64,000 nucleotides of DNA. Source: Eledone cirrhosa. Its lineage: Eukaryota. Shown here one piece after another: positions 27,293 to 41,302 of this stretch. Where the stretch lies: assembly GCA_964016885.1 (NCBI GenBank), contig OZ024765.1, positions 3,286,001-3,350,000 of the forward strand, in the 5' to 3' direction. The translations under genes and the position numbers were made by a program. How positions within the stretch are numbered: the stretch's first letter is position 1; each line of letters begins with the position of its first letter. The notes under the pieces are model-generated. The model worked only from the letters and a program-made list of their open reading frames with translations. It searched no databases and had not been told where the DNA came from.

Positions 27293-28580
27293 TAGAACCA
27301 CAAGGTCCAGGGTTCTAACCCTAAATTTGTCCCTGTAAATAATTCTCAAAGGTTACTCAAGGTCCAGGCTTATAACCCCACATCAGTCCCTGTAAATAGT
27401 TCTCAAAGGTTACTCAAGATCCAGGCTTATAACCCCACATTTGTTCCTGTTAATAGTTCTCCAAAGTTACACAAGGTCCAGGGTTCTAACCCTACATTAG
27501 TCCCTGTAAATATTCCTCCTAAGTTACTCAAGGTCCAGGGTTCTAAACTTACATTTGTCCCTGTAAATAGTTATTTCTCCAAAGTTACACAAGGTCCAGG
27601 GTTCTAACCCCACATTTGTCTCTGTAAATATTTCTCCAAAGTTACACAAGGTCCAGAGTTCTAACCCCACATTTGTCTCTGTAAATATTTCTCCAAAGTT
27701 ACACAAGGTCCAGAGTTCTAACCCCACATTTGTCTCTGTAAATATTTCTCCAAAGTTACACAAGGTCCAGGGTTCTAACCCCACATTTGTCTCTGTAAAT
27801 ATTTCTCCAAAGTTACACAAGGTCCAGAGTTCTAACCCCACATTTGTCTCTGTAAATATTTCTCCAAAGTTACACAAGGTCCAGAGTTCTAACCCCACAT
27901 TTGTCTCTGTAAATATTTCTCCAAAGTTACACAAGGTCCAGAGTTCTAACCCCACATTTGTCTCTGTAAATATTTCTCCAAAGTTACACAAGGTCCAGAG
28001 TTCTAACCCCACATTTGTCTCTGTAAATATTTCTCCAAAGTTACTCAAGGTCCAGGGTTCTAACCCCACATTTGTCTCTGTAAATATTTCTCCAAAGTTA
28101 CTCAAGGTCCTGGGTTCTAACCCCACATTTGTCTCTGTAAATATTTCTCCAAAGTTACACAAGGTCCAGGGTTCTAACCCCACATTTGTCTCTGTAAATA
28201 TTTCTCCAAAGTTACTCAAGGTCCTGGGTTCTGACCCCACATTTGTCTCTGTAAATAGTTATATCTCCAAAGTTACACAAGGTCCTGGGTTCTGACCCCA
28301 CATTAGTCCCTGGAAATAGTTATATCTCCAAAGTTACTCAAGGTCCTGGGTTCTGACCCCACATTAGTCCCTAGAAATAGTTATATCTCCAAAGTTACAC
28401 AAGGTCCAGGGTTTTAACCCTACATTTGTCCCTGTAAATAGTTCTCCAAAGTTACAAAAGATCCTGGGTTCTGACCCCACATTAGTCCCTAGAAATAGTT
28501 ATATCTCCAAAGTTACACAAGGTCTCGGGTTCTAACCCTACATTTGTCCCTCTAAATAGTTATTTCACCCAAGTTACTCA
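27293..28580 (-). repeat. 57/60-bp minisatellite, ~22 copies
   Basis: Reverse complement of the 13310-13745 unit; central copies lack 3 bp. Confidence 0.95.
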
Positions 28581-28642
28581 TACATTATTCTCAATAAATG
28601 TGTTTCAGTCAAACAGTTGGCTGTAAAACCATTGATAACTAG

Positions 28643-28706
28643 TCGCTCTCCGACAGGTTTGCGGTCGAGCCCGTAGCAGTGGAGACTTCGGGTGTCCTTG
28701 GACCAC
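28643..28706 (+). mobile_element. CRE/NeSL-like non-LTR retrotransposon fragment (restriction-like endonuclease region)
   Basis: Translation SLSDRFAVEPVAVETSGVLGP resembles the F-x-P-x-A-V-E-T-x-G-x-x-G motif. Confidence 0.5.
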
Positions 28707-29309
28707 AACACCACCACCACCACACCACAACACCACCACACCACCACCACCACACCACCACACCACCACTACACCACCACCACACTACACCACCACCACA
28801 CCACAACACCACCACACCAACACCACCACAGCACAACACCACCACCACACCACAACACCACCACACCAACATTAGACCACAACACCACCACCACCACCAC
28901 ACCACCACCACCACACCACAACACCACCACCAAACCACAACACCACCACACTACACCACAACACCACCACCACACCACAACAACCACACCACACCACAAC
29001 ACCACCGCCACACCACAACAAGCACAACAACACCACCACCATACCACAACACCACCACACAACACCACCACCACACAACACCAACACCAACACCACAACC
29101 ACACCACCACCACACCACCACCACACAACACCAACACCACACCACCACCAACACCACACGACAACACCACGCCATACCATTCCAACAGAAACTCAGTCCT
29201 GACAAAGAATTCTCACGCCTCTCATTTTTCCTCGACAGAATAATAAAAAAAAAATGCACGACTTAAGCAAAGCAGACGAGAAAACACGTGACCTCAGCAT
29301 TCTTACCGC

Positions 29310-30835
29310 CTCCACCACCGCCTCCACTACTATACCCGTCTCCCCACCACTACCAACAACACCTCCACCACCTCCTCCACTACTATACCCGTCTCCCCAC
29401 CACTACCAACAACACCTCCACCACCTCCTCCACTACTATACCCGTCTCCCCACCACTACCAACAACACCTCCACCACCTCCTCCACTACTATACCCGTCT
29501 CCCCACCACTACCAACAACACCTCCACCACCTCCTCCACTACTATACCCGTCTCCCCACCACTACCAACAACACCTCCACCACCTCCTCCACTACTATAC
29601 CCGTCTCCCCACCACTACCAACAACACCTCCACCACCATTACAACTATACCCGTCTCACCACCACCACCAACACCACCGCCACCACCACCACCACACCGC
29701 CACCATTACCACCAACACCACCACCAACACCAACACCTCCACCACCACCGCCACCACCAACACCACTCCACCTCCGCCACCACAATTAGCAACACCTCCA
29801 CCACCACCAACACCACTCCACCTCCACAATTAGCAACACCTCCACCACCACCACCAACACCACCAACACCACTCCACCTCCACAATTAGCAACACCTCCA
29901 CCACCACCACCAACACCACCAACACCACTCCACCTCCACAATTAGCAACACCTCCACCAACACCACCAACACCACCAACACCACTCCACCTCCACAATTA
30001 GCAACACCTCCACCAACACCACCAACACCACTCCACCTCCACAATTAGCAACACCTCCACCAACACCACCAACACCACTCCACCTCCACAATTAGCAACA
30101 CCTCCACCAACACCACCAACACCACTCCACCTCCACAATTAGCAACACCTCCACCACCACCACCAACACCACCAACACCACTCCACCTCCACAATTAGCA
30201 ACACCTCCACCACCACCACCAACACCACCAACACCACTCCACCTCCACAATTAGCAACACCTCCACCAACACCACCAACACCACTCCACCTCCACAATTA
30301 GCAACACCTCCACCAACACCACCAACACCACTCCACCTCCACAATTAGCAACACCTCCACCAACACCACCAACACCACTCCACCTCCACAATTAGCAACA
30401 CCTCCACCAACACCACCAACACCACTCCACCTCCACAATTAGCAACACCTCCACCACCACCACCACCACCACCAACACCACTCCACCTCCACAATTAGCA
30501 ACACCTCCACCACCACCACCAACACCACCAACACCACTCCACCTCCACAATTAGCAACACCTCCACCAACACCACCAACACCACTCCACCTCCACAATTA
30601 GCAACACCTCCACCAACACCACCAACACCACTCCACCTCCACAATTAGCAACACCTCCACCACCACCACCAACACCACCAACACCACTCCACCTCCACAA
30701 TTAGCAACACCTCCACCTCCACCACCAACACCACCACCAACACCACTCCACCTCCACAATTAGCAACACCTCCACCTCCACCACCAATACCACTCCACCT
30801 CCACAATTAGCAACACCTCCACCTCCACCACCACC
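29310..30835. repeat. ACC-rich minisatellites (53-bp x ~7, then ~48-57-bp caattagcaacacctcc units)
   Basis: Direct observation. Confidence 0.9.
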
Positions 30836-32059
30836 AACATACCCGCCTCACCGTTTTGTTGTCGCCTCTGTATAACTGTTGAATACAAACCACCACCTAC
30901 CCCACCCCCCACCCACCCCTTCTCCAACCATTCTTACTTTCTCCCCACCCGTCTCCCCCCCCCTATCCGCCACTGCCTCAGCGCCATTCTCATCCACTAA
31001 ACCCCCCCCCCCCCCGGCGGCCTACGCCACTCCACCACGCCAGACCCACCATCTTTCGTCATCCCACCATCCGCCGCCTTTTCTTTTTTCAACCAGCCGC
31101 CTCTGTCACACACACCCTCACCCCCTCGCACCCCACACCGCACACCCCACCACCCGACCCCCCTTCATTACGCACCCTAGGCATATTTTCGGGTAGGTAG
31201 GTAGGTATTGATTCCATCTTAAAGTTATTTATTTATTGGGTGGAGGTGGTGGTGGTGGTAGTAGTAGTAGTGATGTTGGTGGTAGTGGTGGTGGTGGTGG
31301 TGGTGGTGATGCTGGTGTTAGTGGTGTTGGTGGTGTGGTGATGGTGGTGGTAGTGTTGGTGGTGTGGTGGTGGTGGTGATGGTGGTGGTGGTGGTGGTGG
31401 TAGTGGTGGTGATGGTGGTGGTGTTAGTGGTGTTAGTGGTGTTGGTGGTGTGGTGGTGGTGGTGGTGATGGTGGTGGTGATGGTGGTGTTAGTGGTGTTA
31501 GTGGTGTTGGTGGTGTGGTGGTGGTGGTGTGGTGATGGTGGTGGTGTGGTGATGGTGGTGGTGGTGGTGGTGGTAGTGGTGGTGATGGTGGTGGTGTTAG
31601 TGGTGTTAGTGGTGTTGGTGGTGTGGTGGTGGTGGAGGTGGTGTGGTGGTGGTGTGGTGGTGGTGGTGGTGGTGATGGTGGTGTTAGTGGTGTTAGTGGT
31701 GTTGGTGGTGTGGTGGTGGCGTTAGTGGTGTTGGTGGTGAGGTGGTGGTGGTGTTAGTGGTGTTGGTGGTGAGGTGGTGGTGGTGGTGGTGATAGTGGTG
31801 GTGGTGGTGATGTTGGTGGTAGTGGTGGTGGTGATGGTGATGGTAGTGGTGGTGGTGGTGGTAGTAGTAGTGATGGTGGTGGTAGTGGTGGTGGTAGTAG
31901 TAGTGATGGTGGTGGTGGTGGTGCTAGTGGTAGTGGTGGTGGTGTGAGGGGTGGGGAAATGTGTCTGTGAAGAGAAGGCGGAGGAGGAGGAGGCTGATAA
32001 ACGACGGAATTTTGTACCAAAAAAATGCAAACGACATACAATAATAATAATAATGGGTT

Positions 32060-32790
32060 GTGATCCACCTCAGAGTATTACTGGTACTTTATTTTATAGA
32101 CACTGCAAGGTAGCAAACCTCAATAATAAAGTTTCTACTTTTGGCACAAGGCCAGCAATTACCCCAGAGTATTACTGGTATTTTATTTTATAGACACTGC
32201 AAGGTAGCAAACCTCAATAATAAAGTTTCTACTTTTGGCACAAGGCCAGCAATTACCCCAGAGTATTACTGGTATTTTATTTTATAGACACTGCAAGGTA
32301 GCAAACCTTAATAATAAAGTTTCTACTTTTGGCACAAGGCCAGCAATTACCCCAGAGTATTACTGGTATTTTATTTTATAGACACTGCAAGGTAGCAAAC
32401 CTCAATAATAAAGTTTCTACTTTTGGCACAAGGCCAGCAATTACCCCAGAGTATTACTGGTATTTTATTTTATAGACACTGCAAGGTAGCAAACCTCAAT
32501 AATAAAGTTTCTATTTTTGGCACAAGGCCAGCAATTATCCCAGAGTATTACTGGTATTTTATTTTATAGACACTGCAAGGTAGCAAACCTCAATAATAAA
32601 GTTTCTATTTTTGGCACAAGGCCAGCAAATACCCCAGTGCATTACTGGTACTTTATTTTATCGACCCCCCCCCCCCCCCCAGGATGAAAGGCAAAGTTAA
32701 CCTCGGCGGGATTTGAACTCAGACCGTAAAGGGCCGTAACTCGATGCTGCAAAGCATGGCGTCCGACCCTCTACCGATACTGCCAATCCG
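32060..32790 (-). mobile_element. S1 SINE whose 3' part is tandemly amplified (94 bp x ~6)
   Basis: Array of ttctacttttggcacaaggccagcaattaccccagagtattactgg runs into the SINE body at 32640-32790. Confidence 0.8.
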
Positions 32791-32960
32791 CATAAAGAAC
32801 AGATATTACAATAGCCTGAGGTGGAAAGGTCCTCAACTCTTTGATAAGCTGCCAAGACGTTTGAGATTTGTCTGGTGTGGACGACTTGGACGTTTTCAAG
32901 GAGCACCCTGACACTCTGCCCTCCAGGGTCCCAGATGAACCCACAGCAAGGAACGAAGGT
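32790..32960 (+). mobile_element. CR1/L2-like LINE ORF2 C-terminal remnant
   Basis: NSLRWKGPQLFDKLPRRLR...VFKEHPDTLPSRVPDEP fits the GPxLFNxLP...FKxxLD...VPDEP pattern. Confidence 0.65.
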
Positions 32961-34309
32961 AACCACCACAACCACAATCACCATCACAACAACCACAATC
33001 ACCATCACGAACATCAACACCATCACTAACATCACGACCATCACCAACACAAATATCACAACCACCATCGCTAACACCATCACCGACACCAGCAGCATCA
33101 CCAAAACCATCACCACTACCATCACCAACATCAACACCATCACAAACATCACCATCACCACCAACATCACCATCATCATCACCACCACCAACAACACCAA
33201 CACCATCAACACCACTACCACCACTACCATCACCAACACCACCACCACCACCACCACCTCAGCAACCACTACCACCACCATCACCACCAACACCAACACT
33301 ACCGCCACCATCACCTACACCACCACCAACACCACCATCACCACCAACACCTCAGCAACCACTACCACCACCACCACCACCACCATCGCCACCAACACCA
33401 ACACTACCGCCACCATCGCCACCACCAAGACCACCATCACCTCAGCAACCACTACCACCACCACCACCATCACTGATCTCACAACTGGAATACTCACCGT
33501 CGACCACCGACGGAGGTCCAGTCCTATTGCTGAATATTGAATATATTTGGTAAGTGAGACGCTGTGAATATGAAACCGGGAAAGAATGTTGGTGTCACGT
33601 GACAGGTCCATTGGGATTTGTGGCGAGAGGGAAAACGAGAAAAACAGAGAAATACTGTCGCCACCATCACCATCATCACCACCATCACCATCACCATCAT
33701 CATCACCACCACCATCATCATAATAATCACCATCACCAGCACTATCATAACCACCACCATCAGCACCATCATAACCACCATCATCACCACCACCACCAGC
33801 ATCATCATCATCACCATCATCGCCGTCATCACCACCACCATCATCACCATCATCACCACCATCATCACCATCATCACCAACACCTCCACCATCATCACGA
33901 CCATCACCACCATCATCATCACCACCACCACCATCACCATCATCATCATTACCATCACCATCATCATGATCATCACTACCGAGACCATCACCACCAACAC
34001 CTCCACCATCATCACCACCACCAACCACCATCACCATTAAACAACACAAAATCGACCTAATCATCATCATCACCACCACCACCGCCGCCATCATCATCAT
34101 CACCATCACCCCAAACAAGAACACCACAAAAACCACCAGCATTATCACCAACACTATCACCATCACCTCTATCACAACCAACACCGACATCACCACCAAC
34201 ACCAAAAACCACCAGCATCCCCAACACTATTATCATCACCATCATCACATCTACCAAGACTACCACCAACATCACCAGCACCATCATCATCACAAACACC
34301 AACACCACC

Positions 34310-34730
34310 ACAGATAGTATCAATATTAGAAAGACCAATAGAAACATTGTTTCCTTGGTCTGATCTGATGATCAGCTCCTTTCTTCTGCCAGGAATTGTG
34401 ACTGACAGATAGTATCAATAATAGAAAGACCAATGGACACATTGTTTCCTTCGTCTGATGTGATGATCTGTTCCTTTCTTCTGCCAGGAGTTGTGACTGA
34501 CAGATAGTATCAATAATAGAAAGACCAATGGACACATTGTTTCCTTCGTCTGATGTGATGATCTGTTCCTTTCTTCTGCCAGGAGTTGTGACTGACAAAT
34601 AGTATCAGTAATAGAAACATTGTTTCCTTGGTCTGATCTGATGATCAGTTCCTTTCTTCTGCCAGGAGATGTGACCAACAGATAGTATTAGCAATTGGAA
34701 AGACCAATGGAAACATTGTTTCCATTGGTC
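34310..34730 (+). repeat. ~95-bp tandem x4 derived from the S2 SINE tail
   Basis: gatagtatcaataatagaaagaccaatggacacattgtttcc resembles 58330-58365 and the reverse complement of 12475-12530. Confidence 0.7.
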
Positions 34731-35359
34731 CAGTTTCACCCCTCCCCCGCCCCCGCCCACACCCACACCCCACCCACACCCTCACCCCACCCACACCCAC
34801 ACCCCACCCACACACACACACACACACACAGAGAAACGGTAAGTGATTGAGTTCTGGGATCTTGAAGATTTAGTTATATCCAACACCAACGCCTTGAGTC
34901 TCGGCAACAATAAAACGAACGGTTATAGGAAACGCCACAACTAGCCCTCCAGGCTCAGGTGTGGAGAACTGTTGCCCCTCCCCCGGGTGAGATTTGACCC
35001 ACATTGGAATTTAAAACCGTCTCTTTACGAAGTCAACCAAACCTCATTTGAAAAATTAAAAAAAAACCGAACGTTTTCAATGCTAAGAGTCTGAAAGTAA
35101 TTTGATATAAGTTGCAGAACTACCAATTTGTAATGTAACTTTAAAGACACGTTATATATTTCAGCGATATTAAACCCTTCACTCACCCCGACATAGATGC
35201 AATCCTACATTCCCTACACATAGATGCACAACTCCATCCTCACACATAGATGCATCATTCCACCCACACCTATCCAGATGCAATACTCACCTACCCATAC
35301 CCAGATGCAATCCCTGCATTCCCTCCACATAGATGGACCACCCCAACACCAAACATTTG

Positions 35360-35940
35360 TACACCGCCATCCAGCACCACCCCAACGCCACCACAAATAC
35401 ACACCGCCATCCAGCACCACCCCAACGCCACCACAAATACACACCGCTATCCAGCACCACCCCAACGCCACCACAAATACACACCGCCATTCAGCACCAC
35501 CCCAACGCCACCACAAATACACACCGCCATCCAGCACCACCCCAACGCCACCACAAATACACACCGCCATCCAGCACCACCCCAACGCCACCACAAATAC
35601 ACACCGCCATCCAGCACCACCCCAACGCCACCACAAATACACACCGCCATTCAGCACCACCCCAACGCCACCACAAATACACACCGCTATCCAGCACCAC
35701 CCCAACGCCACCACAAATACACACCGCCATTCAGCACCACCCCAACGCCACCACAAATACACACCGCCATCCAGCACCACCCCAACGCCACCACAAATAC
35801 ACACCGCCATCCAGCACCACCCCAACGCCACCACAAATACACACCGCCATCCAGCACCACCCCAACACCACCACAAATACACACCGCCATCCAGCATCAC
35901 CACAAATACACACCGCCATCAAGCGCCACCCCAACACCGT
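35360..35940. repeat. 40-bp minisatellite, ~14 copies
   Basis: acaccgccatccagcaccaccccaacgccaccacaaatac. Confidence 0.95.
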
Positions 35941-35975
35941 CACCCAGTACACATTAATGGGTACCTTCAATCTCT

Positions 35976-36070
35976 ACCCGAACTCGAGTTTCTGCCACAT
36001 TTAATGCAGCAATAGAGTGCACAGCATCACAATGTCTGCATAATCAGCGCATGTGGCTTCATCAGCGGGT
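35976..36070 (-). ncRNA. hammerhead ribozyme, family G, extended stem II
   Basis: ACCCG-CUGAUGA-A-GCCACAU...AUGUGGC-A-GAAAC ucga GUU-CGGGU. Confidence 0.8.
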
Positions 36071-36087
36071 TTCGCCTAATCAATAAC

Positions 36088-36370
36088 CTGTCCTACGCCA
36101 TCTTGTTTCTGTGTGTTCACACAGAAACAAGATGGCGTAGGACAGAACAAAGGAGAGGCACAAAAGCAAAGAAAAGAATCCCCAGTCACTGAAAAGGTCA
36201 CAGAATGTGTGACGAAAGAACTTTGACAATATATAAACAACCATCTGGTTGTGGAACCAACCAACCAACCGGAAATTTATAAATTCCTAAATTTATAAAT
36301 TTATTAAAAATTGAAGTGAAAGCAACTGGTGCGTGTGTTTCTTATTGGCAACATGACCCTCCCAAAGTAT

Positions 36371-36376
<6 letters not shown>
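36088..36376 (+). mobile_element. PLE family A terminus with a 5' fold-back hairpin and mutated HHR (CUGAAAA)
   Basis: 36088-36145 inverted repeat; the rest matches 4470-4710. Confidence 0.75.
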
Positions 36377-36421
<45 letters not shown>

Positions 36422-36605
36422 AATATATATATATATATAAATATATATATATAGATAAATATATAAATAAATATATATATATATATATATAAATATATAA
36501 ATATATATAAATATATAAATATATATATATAAATATATATAAATATATATAAATATATAAATATATATATATAAATATATATAAATATATAAATATATAT
36601 ATATA

Positions 36606-36699
<94 letters not shown>

Positions 36700-37505
36700 T
36701 ATATAAATATATATATATATATATTTGTGTGTGTGTGTATGTGTTTATATGTGTGTGTATGAGATATTCCACCACTAAGCTATTCAATTCTATCCCTCAA
36801 TACAGTCAGAATACGTCTTCCACATTCGTCACCCAGGCGCCATTTTATGTTGCTCGTTTATTTGGCCGCCATTACTGTCACAAACCAGCGAGATTTTAAT
36901 TTTATCCAGATGGGCTTTATTATATGATGTTATTGCTGGTGGTGGTGGTGTCGTTCTTACTGGTAATGATGGTTAGAATGGTGGTGTTGTTGTTGATGAT
37001 GGTGGTGGTGGTGGTGGTGGTAATAATTAATATGTACACAGTGCTGGAAATGTTTGTGGTGGAGAAGAAGAAGAAGAAGAAGAAGAAGAAGAAGAAGAAG
37101 AAGAAGAAGAAGAAGAAAAAGAAGAAAAAGAAGAAAAAGAAAAAGAAGAAAAAGAAGAAAAAGAAGAAAAAGAAGAAAAAGAAAAAGAAGAAAAAGAAAA
37201 AGAAGAAAAAGAAGAAAAAGAAAAAGAAAAAAAGAAGAAGAACAAAAAGAACAAAAAGAAGAAAAAGAAAAAAAAAAGAAAAAGATAAAGAAAAAGAAAA
37301 AAAAGAGCATGAGGTGGTGGCCATAATCCTTTGTAACATAGACACAAGGCCAGCAATATGAAAGGAAAGTCAATTAAATCGACCCAAGTACGTTACTGGT
37401 ACTTTATTTTATCGACCCCGTAAAGATGAAAGGCAAAAGTAACCACGGAGGGATTTCAACTCTATGCCGCTCTACGGACTCCGCCAATCCGTTTGATGGA
37501 TCCTC

Positions 37506-37539
<34 letters not shown>

Positions 37540-37605
37540 GTGTATATATATATATACACTATATATATATATATATATACACTATATATATATATATACT
37601 ATATA

Positions 37606-37945
37606 TGTCAACTCTGGATGTCGGTGAGCATGTCCAGCCAACCTCAGTCTCCTCTGTGTCACTTTTGAGCTGACTTTTGGGATGCTCCCACACAGCTCTG
37701 AGTTTTTCATCCTCAGTGTATACTGATTAATGTTCAAAGCCATCCTCAGCATTCTCGTGTAGCACCCATCCACCATCTGAGTGAGTTTCTTGGTCAGTGT
37801 CCAAGTCTCAGACCCGTACAGAGTTGACATTGCACTCAGTGCTCCTTTGGGAGCCCCTACATGGACACACTAGAAGAGGGACAGAGACCGCTGGAGAGAA
37901 CTCGTCCATGGATCTCGGGAATTTTACCCGCCTTAGATAGATAGA
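37606..37945. mobile_element. RTE/RTEX LINE 3' fragment with internal inversion
   Basis: Minus-strand LYGSETWTLTKK...RRLRLAGHAHRHPEL joined to a plus-strand 3' end with a (TAGA)n tail. Confidence 0.8.
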
Positions 37946-38439
37946 TACTATATATATATATACTATATATATATACTATATATATACTATATATATATAC
38001 TATATATATATACTATATATATATACTATATATATACTATATATATATACTATATATATATACTATATATATATACTATATATATACTATATATATATAC
38101 TATATATATACTATATATATATACTATATATATACTATATATATACTATATATATATATATATATACTATATATATATATATATATACTATATATATATA
38201 TATATATACTATATATATATATATATATACTATATATATATATATATATACTATATATATATATATATACTATATATATATATATATACTATATATATAT
38301 ATATATACTATATATATATATATATACTATATATATATATACTATATATATATATACTATATATATATATATACTATATATATATATATACTATATATAT
38401 ATATATACTATATATATATATATACTATATATATATATA

Positions 38440-38502
<63 letters not shown>

Positions 38503-38718
38503 TATATATATATATATATATATATATACTATATATATATATATACTATATATATATATATACTATATATATATATATACTATATATATATATATACTAT
38601 ATATATATATATACTATATATATATATATATACTATATATATATATATATACTTATATATATATATACTATATATATATATATACTATATATATATATAT
38701 ACTATATATATATATATA

Positions 38719-38766
<48 letters not shown>

Positions 38767-38825
38767 CTATATATATATATATATATACTATATATATATA
38801 TATACTATATATATATATATATATA

Positions 38826-38877
<52 letters not shown>

Positions 38878-38891
38878 TATATATATATATA

Positions 38892-38941
<50 letters not shown>

Positions 38942-38943
<2 letters not shown>

Positions 38944-39080
38944 ATATTAAATAAATGGAAACTATATTTATAAAACCATATTTAATCTATTATATATATT
39001 TCAAGGGTACCAAAAATACTTTGGTACGCTTTCATCAGATAAAATACAAAGAGTGTTTTATAAATTTTGACATAGCCAAG
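38942..39080 (-). mobile_element. family B terminus with intact HHR (38985-39045)
   Basis: AUUUUAU-CUGAUGA-AAGCGUACCAAA...UUUGGUACCCUU-GAAA-U auau AUA. Confidence 0.7.
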
Positions 39081-39115
39081 GAAAATCATACCTTATCAGT
39101 TGAATATTCCCTGGG

Positions 39116-39542
39116 AATATTGTCAAAGTTCTTTCGTCACACATTCTGTGACCTCTTCAGTGACTGGGGATTCTTTTCTTTGTTTTTGTGCCTCTCTATT
39201 GTTCTGTCCTACGCCATCTTGTTTTGTGTGAAAAAACAAGATGGCGTACGACAGAACAAAGGAGAGGCACAAAAACAAAGAAAAGAATCCCTAGTCACTG
39301 AAGAGGTCACAGAATGTGTGACGAAAGAACTTTGACAATATATGAACAACCGTCCGGTTGTGGAACCAACCAACCGGAAATTTATAAATTCTTAAATTTA
39401 TAAATTTAATTTATAATAAATTGGAGTGAAAGCAACTGGTGCGTCTGTTTCTTATTGGCAACATGACCCTCCCAAAGTATAACAATATCGGTTTCAACAC
39501 ACGTTTTCAGATAAAGAATCTTGCTAAACAAATTCAGAAACG

Positions 39543-39545
<3 letters not shown>
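39116..39545. mobile_element. PLE family A inverted duplication with two intact HHRs (39122-39164 -, 39294-39336 +)
   Basis: ~110-bp inverted arms, then the full family A tail up to (TA)n. Confidence 0.8.
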
Positions 39546-39578
<33 letters not shown>

Positions 39579-39710
39579 TATGATTTTTTTTGTTTAAGAT
39601 TTTTTGTTTATGATTTTTCGGTCCCCTTGCCCCACCCGTCTCTGTTTATCCTTTTTAATGTCTTTCCACCACTCCCCCTCACACCCTCGGAACTCTTTTC
39701 CTTCCCAATT

Positions 39711-39748
39711 TTCTCCTGATGAAGGGCTTATGCCCGAAACGTAGAGGG
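39711..39748 (+). ncRNA. minimal hammerhead ribozyme, family E-like
   Basis: UUCUC-CUGAUGA-A-GGGC uuau GCCC-GAAAC-GUA-GAGGG. Confidence 0.75.
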
Positions 39749-39784
39749 TGTATATATAGAGAGTAAGTTGTGACGTCACTGGTG

Positions 39785-39965
39785 CCAAGCTGTATCAGCC
39801 ATTGCCTTTCCCTTGGACAACATCAGTGGTGTGGAGAGGGGGGAAACTGGTATACATGGGTGACTGCTGGTCTTCCACAAACATCCATGCCCGGACTTGT
39901 GCCTTGGAGGGGAACTTTCTAGGGGCAAATCCCATGGTCATTTGTGATCGAAAGGGGTCTTTACA
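39785..39965 (+). mobile_element. SINE 3' body fragment
   Basis: ccattgcctttcccttggac...ggtgtggagagggg is the reverse complement of 62410-62470. Confidence 0.55.
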
Positions 39966-40042
39966 TTTTTAATTTGTTGTTTTATTAGGAGTGCTGGGGT
40001 ATGGTGTTTGAATGAAATGATTCAATTTAATTTATGACAGGT

Positions 40043-40105
<63 letters not shown>

Positions 40106-40276
40106 TGGAATGGTGGGGGCGGGGGTGTATGGTGGTGGGGTGGGGTAATTGGTATTGGGGGGGGGGGGTATGATGGTGATGTTATGGGGTGGGTGTGGCG
40201 ATGAAGGTGTGTATTTGTATGAATTCTAGGGTAATATGGGTTTGGTCGAGATTGATTTACGTTGTATATATATATA

Positions 40277-40331
<55 letters not shown>

Positions 40332-40409
40332 ATATATATATATACATATATATATACACATATATATATATATATATATACACATATATATATATACACA
40401 TATATACAC

Positions 40410-40440
<31 letters not shown>

Positions 40441-40467
40441 TATATATACACATATATATATATACAC

Positions 40468-40504
<37 letters not shown>

Positions 40505-40569
40505 TATATACACACACACACACATATATATATACACACACACACATATATACACATACACACACATAT

Positions 40570-40600
<31 letters not shown>

Positions 40601-40830
40601 CAGACACACACACACACACATACACACATATATATATATATATATACACATATATATATATATATGTATACACATATATATATATACACATATATATATA
40701 TATATGTATACACATATATATATATACACATATATATATATATACACATATATATATACACATATATATATACACATATATATATATATACACATATATA
40801 CACATATACACATATATATATACATATATG

Positions 40831-40864
<34 letters not shown>

Positions 40865-40931
40865 CATATATATATACATATATATATATACATATATATA
40901 CACACACAAATATATATATATATATACATAC

Positions 40932-41092
<161 letters not shown>

Positions 41093-41302
41093 CACATACA
41101 TATACTATATATATATATATATATAAACAGACACACACACACATGCATACATATATATATTGTTTGATAGCTGTAGAATATAGAATACATGATATATACA
41201 TACATTTTGGTCCCAGGAGGGGAAGATTGGGTTTCTTTCTTCATTTAAACATACATCTCCTTCCCCTTTTGTGTCTAGAACTAAATAAAAGACTAAATTA
41301 TT

